From contig OY969095.1 of the NCBI GenBank assembly GCA_963697715.1, forward strand, positions 2,607,670 through 2,631,669: 24,000 nt of DNA. The letters are read 5' to 3'. Positions 9,369 to 17,541 of the stretch are shown here, piece by piece. This DNA is from an uncultured beta proteobacterium. Lineage in GTDB: Bacteria; Pseudomonadota; Gammaproteobacteria; Burkholderiales; Burkholderiaceae_D. The position numbers and the translations under genes were made by a program. Within the stretch, counting starts at the first letter, position 1. The number at the start of each line of letters is the position of its first letter. The notes beneath the pieces are model-generated. The model ran no database searches. It was not told the origin of the DNA and saw only the letters and a list, made by a program, of their open reading frames with translations.

Positions 9369-9471
9369 TGTTTACCTGAAGTTTCGCAAAAACCTTATCT
9401 CGCGGATTTTGTGACAACGGCGCGGGGAGAGTTGTTATTTGAATTTGGATAGTGTTGAGTTACTCTAAGCC
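9369..9471 (+). pseudogene. Orphan diverged copy of the metR 3' end (codons 275-306 plus stop), disrupted by a 1-nt insertion
   Basis: It aligns with 8198-8299 with 12 substitutions and one extra G at ~9424-9427. Of the substitutions, 11 are synonymous and one is T->A. With the G removed it encodes CLPEVSQKPYLADFVTTARESCYLNLDSVELL* versus authentic ...TTTRESCYLNLDSVELL*. Homology stops 3 nt after the stop codon in both copies. Confidence 0.85.
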
Positions 9472-9721
9472 GACCTTGCATCTCCATAAATTATGGCTTT
9501 GCATATAACTTCCGCTATGTTACCCATCGCTGCTGAAAAATCTTTAGATAGTTTGCAGCATATGCCGAAACGTACTTCGTGCGTCTCTCAGGGGTGGCCT
9601 CTTGAGACTGATGATGGCAGGCCTTGTTTATGTTGTTATTGGTCCAACCAATTTTTGGTTGGAGTTTGTAATTTCAGAAATAATCGGTTTGTTAACTTCG
9701 GTCGAAAAGGAGGGTTTGCTT

Positions 9722-9862
9722 ATGGTCAAGAAGGTAGTAAATGAGGTTATGACATACGCAAAATGTATCAAGGGTCGTGTTATTACGTCTTGGGAGAACC
9801 ACCTCCCTTCTAGGCTTAGCCTGCTGATGAGCTTGTGTAACTCAAGCGAAAAGGGAATCTGA
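9722..9862 (+). CDS. Possible small protein (46 aa), unknown function
   Basis: The ATG at 9722 is preceded by a near-perfect SD, AAGGAGG (9707-9713), with 8-nt spacing. The product is MVKKVVNEVMTYAKCIKGRVITSWENHLPSRLSLLMSLCNSSEKGI. There is no recognisable family; support comes from the SD and position only. Confidence 0.25.
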   Translation: MVKKVVNEVMTYAKCIKGRVITSWENHLPSRLSLLMSLCNSSEKGI

Positions 9863-9937
9863 GTATGTCCAACCTTTGCGGAGGCCCCGCCAATAGGCAT
9901 ACTGAGCCTCACGCCACAAACTTTAACCTCCAAAATT

Positions 9938-10582
9938 ATGCAAGCACACGTTCTCCAACGAATTGCGGACCTCATTAGTCGCGGAAATGCAACTGCGCGC
10001 TCCAGCCCAGACTATTGGATGGAAGATGTCATTGCAGCCCAAAGCTGGATAGCCTCTGCTGCAAATGCTATTCAGCAAGTTGCACCATCTGGGAGTTTCT
10101 TTCGGGCAGAACTTGATCGGCTAATGTCAAACGACCAATTACAGAACGGTATTCCTCTCTCTGTGGTCGAAAAGGTATTGGGCTTATTGCAATCAGTTCA
10201 ACTCGAAGCACAGGCCGGGCTACTCACAAAACTTGAAGATCAAGTGGTAGCAACTGCCTTCGATGACTTCCTAGATCACGCATCCGACTATCACAAGTCT
10301 GGCAAGATTAAAGAGGCTGCAGTTTTGGCATCAGCCGTTTTAGAAGACACTGTCAAACGTATTGCAATCAAAAGTGGCATTGAAACAGCAAACCTCTCAC
10401 TTGATCCACTCATCGACAATCTCACCAAACTTGATGTAATTACCCAAGTAAAGGCAAAGCGATTGAAAGCCTATGCAGCGATAAGGAACCATGCACTTCA
10501 TGCGGAATGGGAAAAACTCGACCTCAAAGATATTGGCGCACAGATATCAGGTCTCCGTGAGCTACTCGATGATCATCTGTGA
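9938..10582 (+). CDS. Hypothetical protein with HEPN-like (DUF4145 / Ymh-TIGR02391-like) C-terminal domain
   Basis: 214-aa ORF in the AT-rich insertion. The C-terminal ~110 aa has the helical pattern of HEPN-type domains: first helix DYHKSGKIKEAAVLASAVLEDTVKRIA, and a conserved R-N-x-x-x-H motif IRNHALH at codons 183-188 (nt 10484-10501). There is no obvious SD at 9938. The family assignment is from memory of motifs, not a search. Confidence 0.62.
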   Translation: MQAHVLQRIADLISRGNATARSSPDYWMEDVIAAQSWIASAANAIQQVAPSGSFFRAELDRLMSNDQLQNGIPLSVVEKVLGLLQSVQLEAQAGLLTKLEDQVVATAFDDFLDHASDYHKSGKIKEAAVLASAVLEDTVKRIAIKSGIETANLSLDPLIDNLTKLDVITQVKAKRLKAYAAIRNHALHAEWEKLDLKDIGAQISGLRELLDDHL

Positions 10583-10680
10583 CACGGAGTGCTACACAAA
10601 CGCTACGACGGTATTCTAAAATTGTTCGATAACTGAACAATGAGATAAAAGAACGATAAAAATACCGTTTCATTCAACAT

Positions 10681-10710
10681 AAAAACGGCCCCGGAGGGCC
10701 ATTTTAATTT
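10681..10710. terminator. Bidirectional rho-independent terminator between the 214-aa ORF (+) and clpB (-)
   Basis: GGCCC-CGGA-GGGCC hairpin (10687-10700), flanked by AAAAAC on the left and ATTTTAATTT on the right, giving a U-tract on either strand. Confidence 0.7.
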
Positions 10711-10724
10711 CAACATTACTGCGC

Positions 10725-13307
10725 TTACTCTGCTTTCACAAACGCCAACTCACCGTTTTCCACACTGACGTTGATCACGTCTTTAGGCCCGAACTTCCCT
10801 TCCAGGATCGCCTTCGACAACGGATTTTCGATTTGCTGCTGAATCGCACGTTTCAACGGACGCGCCCCATACACCGGATCAAAGCCAGCCTCGGCAATCT
10901 TCTGCAGCGCTTCGGCCGATACATCCATCGCCATATCCATACGCGCGAGGCGCTGTTCCAACGTCGCCAGCTGAATCTTCGCGATCGAACCGATGTTCTT
11001 CTCGTCGAGCGCGTGGAAGACGACGATCTCGTCGATACGGTTGATGAACTCGGGCCGGAAGTGCCCCTGCACCTCGGCCATCACCGCCATCTTGATCACA
11101 GCCGGATCGCTGCCTTCCATCGACTGGATTTTGTGCGAGCCGAGATTGGACGTCATCACGATCACGGTGTTCTTGAAATCGACCGTGCGGCCCTGTCCAT
11201 CCGTCATGCGGCCGTCGTCCAGCACTTGCAACAAGACGTTGAACACGTCCGGATGCGCCTTCTCGATTTCATCAAGCAGGATCACGCTGTACGGTTTGCG
11301 CCGTACGGCTTCGGTCAGGTAACCGCCCTCTTCGTAACCGACATAACCCGGTGGCGCGCCGATCAGGCGGGCAACCGAATGCTTCTCCATGAATTCGCTC
11401 ATGTCGATGCGGATCAGCGAATCCTCGGTATCGAACATGAATGACGCGAGCGCCTTGCACAGTTCTGTCTTGCCGACGCCGGTCGGGCCGAGAAACATGA
11501 AGGAACCGTAAGGGCGATCGGGATCGCCGAGGCCGGCGCGCGAACGGCGGATCGCGTCGGATACGGCAACGATGGCTTCATGCTGGCCGACGACGCGCTT
11601 GTGCAACGCGTCTTCCATCTGCAGCAGTTTTTCGCGCTCGCCAGTCATCATGCGCGAGACGGGAATGCCGGTTGCGCGCGAGACGACTTCGGCAATTTCT
11701 TCCGCGCCGACTTGCGTGCGCACCAGTTGCGGACGCCCTGCGGTCGCTTCGCCGGTGACGGCATTCTTCAGTTGCGCCTCCAGCTCCGGCAGGGTCTTGT
11801 ACTGCAGTTCGGATACGCGCTGCCAGTCGCTCTTGCGCGTGGCTTCTTCCATCTGCAGGCGCACCTTTTCGATCGCTTCCTTGATGTGCTGGCTGCCTTG
11901 CGCGGCGGCTTTTTCGGATTTCCAGATTTCTTCGAGATCGGAGTATTCGCGGCCCAGACGTTCTATTTCTTCCTCGATCAGTTGCAGGCGCTTTTGCGAG
12001 GCTTCGTCCTTTTCCTTCCTGATTGCTTCGCGTTCGATCTTCAACTGGATCACGCGGCGATCGAGACGGTCCATGACTTCCGGTTTGGAGTCGATCTCGA
12101 TCTTGATCTTGGCTGCGGCTTCATCGATCAGGTCGATCGCCTTGTCCGGCAGGAAGCGATCGGTGATGTAGCGATGCGAGAGTTCCGCGGCCGCGACGAT
12201 CGCCGGATCGGTGATATCCACGCCGTGATGCACTTCGTATTTTTCCTGCAGGCCGCGCAGGATGGCGATGGTCGCTTCCACCGTCGGTTCATCGACGATG
12301 ATTTTCTGGAAGCGGCGTTCGAGCGCGGCATCCTTCTCGATGTATTTACGGTATTCGTCCAGCGTGGTGGCGCCGACGCAATGCAGCTCGCCGCGCGCGA
12401 GCGCAGGCTTCAGCATGTTGCCGGCATCCATCGCACCTTCGGCCTTGCCTGCGCCGACGAGCGTGTGCATCTCGTCGATGAAGACGATGGTCTGGCCTTC
12501 ATCCTGGGCAAGTTCATTCAGGACGGCCTTGAGGCGCTCCTCGAACTCGCCGCGATATTTGGCTCCGGCAAGCAATGAGGCCATATCGAGTGACAGCACA
12601 CGTTTCGATTTCAGGCTCTCCGGTACTTCGCCATTGACGATGCGTTGTGCCAGACCTTCGACAATCGCAGTTTTGCCCACACCGGGTTCGCCGATCAGGA
12701 CGGGATTATTCTTGGAACGACGTTGCAGCACCTGAATAGCGCGACGGATTTCATCGTCGCGGCCGATCACCGGATCGAGCTTGCCGGCGCGTGCACGTTC
12801 CGTCAGGTCCATTGTGTATTTCTTGAGCGCTTCACGCTGGCCTTCGCCTTCTGCGGAATCGACTTTGGCACCGCCGCGCACGGCCTTGATCGCCGCTTCC
12901 AGCGCCTTGCGGGTCAGGCCGTTTTCACGTGCGATCCTGCCGGCATCCGATTTGTCTTCGGTCAATGCCAGCAGCAGCATTTCGGTGGCGATGAACTCGT
13001 CGCCATGCATCTGCGCTTCCTTGTCGGCCAGATTGAGCAGTGAAGTCAGATCGCGGCTGACCTGCACTGCGCCGCCGTTGCCGGACACTTTCGGCAGGCG
13101 ATCAAGCGCGCTTTTCAGTGCCGTGGTCATGCCGTTGATATTGGCGCCCGCGCGCTGCAGCAGCGAACGCGTGCTGCTGTCGTCCTGACTCAGCAGCGCG
13201 ACCAGAACATGGACCGGTTCGATGTACTGGTTGTCGTTGCCGACGGCGTGGCTTTGCGCATCGGCCAGCGCTTCCTGCAGTTTGGTTGTGAGTTTGTCGA
13301 GGCGCAT
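10725..13307 (-). CDS. clpB: ATP-dependent chaperone/disaggregase ClpB
   Basis: 860-aa intact ORF with a Clp N-domain, two AAA+ modules ([15 protein letters not shown] and [15 protein letters not shown] Walker A motifs), a long middle coiled-coil and [10 protein letters not shown] near the C-terminus. A GGAGAG SD lies 8 nt upstream of the ATG. Confidence 0.97.
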   Translation of the reverse strand: MRLDKLTTKLQEALADAQSHAVGNDNQYIEPVHVLVALLSQDDSSTRSLLQRAGANINGMTTALKSALDRLPKVSGNGGAVQVSRDLTSLLNLADKEAQMHGDEFIATEMLLLALTEDKSDAGRIARENGLTRKALEAAIKAVRGGAKVDSAEGEGQREALKKYTMDLTERARAGKLDPVIGRDDEIRRAIQVLQRRSKNNPVLIGEPGVGKTAIVEGLAQRIVNGEVPESLKSKRVLSLDMASLLAGAKYRGEFEERLKAVLNELAQDEGQTIVFIDEMHTLVGAGKAEGAMDAGNMLKPALARGELHCVGATTLDEYRKYIEKDAALERRFQKIIVDEPTVEATIAILRGLQEKYEVHHGVDITDPAIVAAAELSHRYITDRFLPDKAIDLIDEAAAKIKIEIDSKPEVMDRLDRRVIQLKIEREAIRKEKDEASQKRLQLIEEEIERLGREYSDLEEIWKSEKAAAQGSQHIKEAIEKVRLQMEEATRKSDWQRVSELQYKTLPELEAQLKNAVTGEATAGRPQLVRTQVGAEEIAEVVSRATGIPVSRMMTGEREKLLQMEDALHKRVVGQHEAIVAVSDAIRRSRAGLGDPDRPYGSFMFLGPTGVGKTELCKALASFMFDTEDSLIRIDMSEFMEKHSVARLIGAPPGYVGYEEGGYLTEAVRRKPYSVILLDEIEKAHPDVFNVLLQVLDDGRMTDGQGRTVDFKNTVIVMTSNLGSHKIQSMEGSDPAVIKMAVMAEVQGHFRPEFINRIDEIVVFHALDEKNIGSIAKIQLATLEQRLARMDMAMDVSAEALQKIAEAGFDPVYGARPLKRAIQQQIENPLSKAILEGKFGPKDVINVSVENGELAFVKAE

Positions 13308-13344
13308 TGCATACTCTCCGGATGAAGATCAGTGATGCAAGGGA

Positions 13345-13372
13345 AAATTGGGCCGGATATCCACTTTTCAAG
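13345..13372 (-). promoter_or_regulatory. Sigma32 (RpoH)-type heat-shock promoter of clpB
   Basis: The minus strand reads CTTGAAA (13372-13366), a 13-nt spacer, then CCCAATTT (13352-13345). The proteobacterial sigma32 consensus is CTTGAAA-N13-15-CCCCATNT. It is located ~40 nt upstream of the clpB ATG. Confidence 0.65.
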
Positions 13373-13462
13373 AAAGGATTTCCGACTTCCAACAATGTTG
13401 GCGGTCATCGCGGTGGAAGCACAGTATTTGATGCCCCGGCTGCCGCGCAACGCACTATCAGT

Positions 13463-13837
13463 CTATGCCGAAAAAGCGCGGTAGGTGGCAAATCCTGCCA
13501 TGCAAAAAAGAATGGAGCCGATGAGGTGCAACATGGTGTGCGCCAGCGCCCACAGGTAATCGCCGCGTTGCAGCAGCAGGACGGCTTCGGCGGAAAAAGT
13601 GGAGAACGTGGTCAGGCCACCGAGGAATCCGGTGATCGCCAGCAGACGCCATTCCGGCGGTATGCCTGGATGGCTGGTGAAAAAGGCAACCGCGATCCCG
13701 ACCAGATAACCGCCACCCAGATTGGCCGCCAGCGTGCCGACCGGAACGTAGGGATTGACGGCGTTGAACCAGAGACTCAAGCCCCAGCGCAGCCACGCGC
13801 CGATGGCTGCGCCCAGGCCGACCGCCAGCCAGCTCAT
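13463..13837 (-). CDS. crcB: Fluoride ion channel CrcB/FluC
   Basis: The small 4-TM protein MSWLAVGLGAAIGAWLRW...GTLAANLGGGYLVG...GFLGGLTTFSTFS matches CrcB signatures. The ATG at 13837 overlaps the moaE stop (ATGA, 13834-13837), which is preferred over the upstream ATG at 13864. Confidence 0.9.
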   Translation of the reverse strand: MSWLAVGLGAAIGAWLRWGLSLWFNAVNPYVPVGTLAANLGGGYLVGIAVAFFTSHPGIPPEWRLLAITGFLGGLTTFSTFSAEAVLLLQRGDYLWALAHTMLHLIGSILFCMAGFATYRAFSA

Positions 13838-14304
13838 TTGGCGCACCCCTGCACAGCAGTCCATTTCGCCAGTGCGGTATCGTCCGTTGTGCGGGCGTCG
13901 ACCCAGCGCGCACCTTGCGGCGTCTGCTCCTTCTTCCAGAACGGTGCTTCGGTCTTCAGGTAATCGATGATGAATTCACAGGCAGAAAATGCTTCGCCGC
14001 GATGCGCGGACGTCACCGCCACCAGCACGATCTGCTCCAGCGGCAGCAACGGCCCGATACGATGGATGACCAGTGCATCCTCGATCGGCCAGCGCGCCTT
14101 CGCCTGTTCGACGATGTTCTGCAGCGCTTTCTCCGTCATGCCCGGATAGTGTTCCAGTTCCATTTCGGCCACGCTGGCACCGTCATTGATGTCGCGCACG
14201 GTGCCGATGAAGGTCACGACGGCACCGATCTGTGGGCTGTGCGCACGCAGCTCAGCCACTTCCCGGCTGACATCGAAATCTTCGGTTTGAACGCGAATGG
14301 TCAT
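13834..14304 (-). CDS. moaE: Molybdopterin synthase catalytic subunit MoaE
   Basis: 156-aa ORF (MTIRVQTEDFDVSREVAELR...GAVVTFIGTVRD...LEHYPGMTEKAL...VTSAHRGEAFSACEFIIDYLKTEAPFWKKE), collinear with MoaE. Confidence 0.93.
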   Translation of the reverse strand: MTIRVQTEDFDVSREVAELRAHSPQIGAVVTFIGTVRDINDGASVAEMELEHYPGMTEKALQNIVEQAKARWPIEDALVIHRIGPLLPLEQIVLVAVTSAHRGEAFSACEFIIDYLKTEAPFWKKEQTPQGARWVDARTTDDTALAKWTAVQGCAK

Positions 14305-14342
14305 GTTGGTTGGGTCCGTGCTGAATGCGTAATAAGCGGGAA

Positions 14343-14600
14343 TCAGCCGCCGGTCACCGGCGGGAAGAAGGCCACTTCGCCGCCTTCGCTGATCTCGGTC
14401 GCGGCGTCCGTCATGACCTGATCATAGGCCATGCGCAGCGAACGTCCTTCGGCCAGCACCTCGGCCCATACGCCGCCGCGTTCGCGCAGGAAGTCGCGCA
14501 CTTCGCCGACCGTTTTTACATGAGCGGGAACGGTAACCGATTCCTGCGTCACGCCAAGCGCTTCGCGCACGCTGGCAAAAAATCTTAATTGAATATGCAT
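14343..14600 (-). CDS. moaD: Molybdopterin synthase sulfur-carrier subunit MoaD
   Basis: An 85-aa product starting at the ATG at 14600 (MHIQLRFFASVREALG...) and ending in the diagnostic C-terminal Gly-Gly (FFPPVTGG*). The tracked 437-aa ORF upstream of this Met is out-of-frame overlap with moeA. Confidence 0.9.
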   Translation of the reverse strand: MHIQLRFFASVREALGVTQESVTVPAHVKTVGEVRDFLRERGGVWAEVLAEGRSLRMAYDQVMTDAATEISEGGEVAFFPPVTGG

Positions 14601-14602
14601 GT

Positions 14603-15856
14603 TCAAGCCATCAAATCGCTGAAAGATAAAAAGCGCACGACATCGCCTTGCGCGATCGTTTTGCCCGGTGGATTGTCGATCAAGCCATCGCCCCATACGG
14701 TCGACGTCAATACGCCGGAGCCCTGATTGGCAAACAGGTCGAGCCCGCCGCCTGCATTGATTCGGGCACGCAGGAATTCGTTGCGGCGATCTGCCTTCGG
14801 CCAGTTGAAATCGGCGCGCATCGCATAGGCCTTCGGCGTCACATCGGCCACGCCCTGCAGGCGCAGGATAAAGGGACGCACGAACAGCAGGAAAGTGACG
14901 AAACTGGAAACGGGATTTCCCGGCAGTCCCAGGAAAAATGCGGTGCCGGTTTTGCCTGCGCCGCTTTCCGCGCGATTGACTTCGCCGAACGCCAGCGGCT
15001 TGCCCGGCTTGACGGCGATCTGCCACATGTTCAGATGACCTTCCGCTTCCACTGCCGGTTTGATGTGATCTTCCTCGCCGACAGAGACGCCGCCGGATGT
15101 GATGATCAGATCGTGTTCGGCGGCGGCGCGGCGCAGGGTATCGCGCGTGGCGGCCAGCGTATCGGGCACGATGCCGTAATCGGTAATATCGCAGCCGAGA
15201 TTTTCCAGCAGGCCGCGCAATGTGAAGCGATTGGAGTTGTAAATTGCGCCCGGCTTCAGTGCCTCGCCCGGCATCGCCAGTTCGTCGCCGGTAAAGAACA
15301 CCGCAACGCGCAGCCTGCGCACGACCGGCAGCGTGGCCAGACCGACGGAAGCAGCCAGTCCGAGTTCCTGCGCACGCAGGCGCTGCCCTGCTTCCAGAAT
15401 CGTGCTGCCCGCGCGAATGTCCTCGCCCGCACGGCGAATCCATTCGCCCGATTGCGGCTTGTGGCGAACGGTCACGATATCGCCGTCGGCATTTTTCGAT
15501 GCTTCGCAGGCTTCCTGCATCACGACGGCATCCGCTCCCTGCGGAATCATCGCGCCGGTAAAGATGCGCGCGGCACAACCTGCTTCCAGCGGCTGACCGA
15601 TGTGACCGGCGGGAATCCGCTGGCTGACGCGCAGCACGGCTTCGCCGCTCGCGCAATCCGCCGCCCGCACTGCGTAACCGTCCATCTGCGTGTTATCCGC
15701 CGGCGGCACATTCAGTTGCGATCCTTGCGCAATGGCAAGAATGCGGCCGTTTGCTTCCAGCGTGGGCAGCGTTTCGGTTTCGGTGATTTGTCGTGCGGAA
15801 GAAAGCAGGAAGTCGAGTGCTTCGGCAACGCTCAACAGCGGTTTGGGTTCAGTCAT
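14603..15856 (-). CDS. moeA: Molybdopterin molybdenumtransferase MoeA
   Basis: 417-aa intact ORF collinear with MoeA (LSVAEALDFLL, DNTQMDGYAVR, RIFTGAMIPQGADAVVMQE, ITSGGVSVGEEDH, KPGKPLAFG, LPGNPVSSFVTF). Its stop lies 2 nt from the moaD start. Confidence 0.93.
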   Translation of the reverse strand: MTEPKPLLSVAEALDFLLSSARQITETETLPTLEANGRILAIAQGSQLNVPPADNTQMDGYAVRAADCASGEAVLRVSQRIPAGHIGQPLEAGCAARIFTGAMIPQGADAVVMQEACEASKNADGDIVTVRHKPQSGEWIRRAGEDIRAGSTILEAGQRLRAQELGLAASVGLATLPVVRRLRVAVFFTGDELAMPGEALKPGAIYNSNRFTLRGLLENLGCDITDYGIVPDTLAATRDTLRRAAAEHDLIITSGGVSVGEEDHIKPAVEAEGHLNMWQIAVKPGKPLAFGEVNRAESGAGKTGTAFFLGLPGNPVSSFVTFLLFVRPFILRLQGVADVTPKAYAMRADFNWPKADRRNEFLRARINAGGGLDLFANQGSGVLTSTVWGDGLIDNPPGKTIAQGDVVRFLSFSDLMA

Positions 15857-15967
15857 GCTTGGCTCGATAGCTGGTCATGCAACGATTGTAATCGCAGCGC
15901 GGCCGCCTGTCGCAAGCCCGCCGCGCTGCAGGATTGCCATCTATGAAGCGATGGCAATCATCTCTTC

Positions 15968-17437
15968 TTACAAACCTGTGTGCGCAGCGATGTACGATTT
16001 CATCCTGTCGATGTCGGTCGTCATCACTTCGAAACGCTGCGGCAGTGCTTCGATATTCTCGAAGCCGGCAGGACGTTCGGCATCGCGTCCCAGTGCTTCG
16101 CGGATGGTCTCGTTGAATTTGGCTGGCAATGCCGTTTCCAGCACGATCATCGTGGTGCCCGGCGTCAGATTCTCGCGTGCGACCTTGACACCATCCGCCG
16201 TATGCGTATCGATCGTCAGGTCGTATTTTTCATGCAGGTCGCGAATCGTCGCGATGCGATCGGCGTGCGTCGATTTGCCGGAGATGAAGCCGAACTGCGC
16301 AATCCTGCCGAATTCGTCGCCGTCGCTGCCCGGTTTGCCGGACAGGTCGAAGCCGCCGTGCGTCTCCACCTTGCGGAAGAGCGCACGCACGCGTTCGCCA
16401 TCACGCTCCAGCAGGTCATAGATAAAGCGTTCGAAGTTCGACGCCTTGCTGATATCCATGCTCGGGCTGGTGGTGTGATAGGTTTCCGCCGATTTGCGCA
16501 CACGGTAAATACCGGTGCGGAAGAATTCGTCGAGCACGTCGTTTTCATTGGTGGCGACAACCAGCTTGTCGATCGGCAAACCCATCATGCGCGCGATATG
16601 ACCGGCACAGATATTGCCGAAATTGCCGGACGGCACGGTAAATGAAACCTTCTGCTCGTTGCTGGTGGTCGCGCTCAGGTATCCACGGAAGTAATAAATC
16701 ACCTGCGCCACGACACGCGCCCAGTTGATCGAATTGACGGTGCCGATCTTCTGTCGCTGCTTGAAGGTCAGATCGTTGGAAACAGCCTTGACCATGTCCT
16801 GGCAATCGTCGAACACGCCCTCGACGGCGATGTTGAAAATATTCGGGTCCTGCAGGCTGAACATTTGCGCGGTCTGGAACGCGCTCATCTTCTTGTGCGG
16901 CGACAGCATGAAGACACGAATGCCCTTCTTGCCGCGCATCGCGTATTCGGCCGCGCTGCCGGTGTCGCCCGACGTCGCGCCGAGGATGTTCAGTTCCGCG
17001 CCGCTGCTTCGCCAGCGTGTATTCGAACAGGTTGCCGAGCAACTGCATCGCCATGTCCTTGAACGCCAGCGTCGGGCCGTTCGACAATGCCTGCAGCATC
17101 AGCTTCGTTCCGTTCTTTTCCTCCAGCGGCGCAGCGGCGTGATGCGCGCAGCTTCTTCGCCATGCCGCACATTGCAGTAAACATCGGCGGTGTAGGTCTT
17201 GTGCGTCAAGCGCATGCAGATCTGCTTCAGGAATATCGGTCGCGAATTTCTTCAGCACCTCGAATGCCAGGTCGGCATACGACAGCGTGCGCCACGCGTC
17301 GAGTTCGGCTGCTGTGACTTGCGGATATTCGACGGCAGATACAGGCCGCCATCGGGCGCCAGGCCGCCAAGCAGGATGTCGGAAAAGGACTGGGCGGACG
17401 GCGTTGCGAAGCACCGCGGGTCTGAAATATATTGCAT
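15968..17437 (-). pseudogene. thrC: Threonine synthase ThrC; the 3' two-thirds are intact, the 5' ~450 nt are interrupted by at least 4 frameshifts (pseudogene or sequence error)
   Basis: MQYIS... starts at the ATG at 17437. The conserved ThrC sequence has to be read across frames: ...GGLAPDGGLYLP | VEYPQVTAAELDAWRTLSYADLAFEVLKKFATDIPEADLHAL | KTYTADVYCNVRHGEEAARITPLRR | LEEKNGTKLMLQALSNGPTLAFKDMAMQLLGNLFEYTLAKQ | GAELNILGATSGDTGSAAEYAMRGKKGIRVFMLSP..., then uninterrupted to the stop at 15968. Junctions are near 17333, ~17205, ~17127 and ~17003. Confidence 0.9.
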
Positions 17438-17517
17438 GTCGTGGGATAGGGTCAAAAGCTCAAAAAGCGAGCCGTCATTATAACTGCAGCGCCCGCAAGC
17501 ACCGATGGGGCAGCAAA

Positions 17518-17541
17518 TGAAAAGGCGCCGAAGCGCCCTTT
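17518..17541 (-). terminator. Short intrinsic-terminator-like hairpin between hom and thrC
   Basis: The minus strand reads GGGCGC-UUCG-GCGCCU followed by UUUCAUUU, immediately after the reconstructed hom stop (17542-17544). The stem is short (6 bp), so it may be a partial terminator or a stabiliser. Confidence 0.45.

Noticed and set aside
9493-9975. ORFs 9493-9744 (+, 83 aa) and 9628-9975 (-, 115 aa), and the long version of 9602-9862
   Set aside because: They have no SD and odd Cys/Trp-rich or low-complexity sequence, and they overlap one another. Only the SD-preceded 46-aa sub-ORF was kept, at low confidence.
14601-15656. The upstream part of the 437-aa minus-strand ORF 14343-15656, overlapping moeA
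   Set aside because: Only its last 85 codons (MoaD, ending GG) are meaningful. The upstream part is Arg/Ala-rich out-of-frame read-through of the moeA coding region, typical of high-GC DNA.
589-15946. Many long antisense or alternative-frame ORFs inside spoT, metE, clpB and moeA (e.g. 589-1374 -, 6069-7193 +, 11580-12578 +, 14648-15946 +)
   Set aside because: They fully overlap strongly supported genes, have skewed Arg/Ala/Gln-rich low-complexity composition and show no family resemblance. They are shadow ORFs of GC-rich coding sequence.
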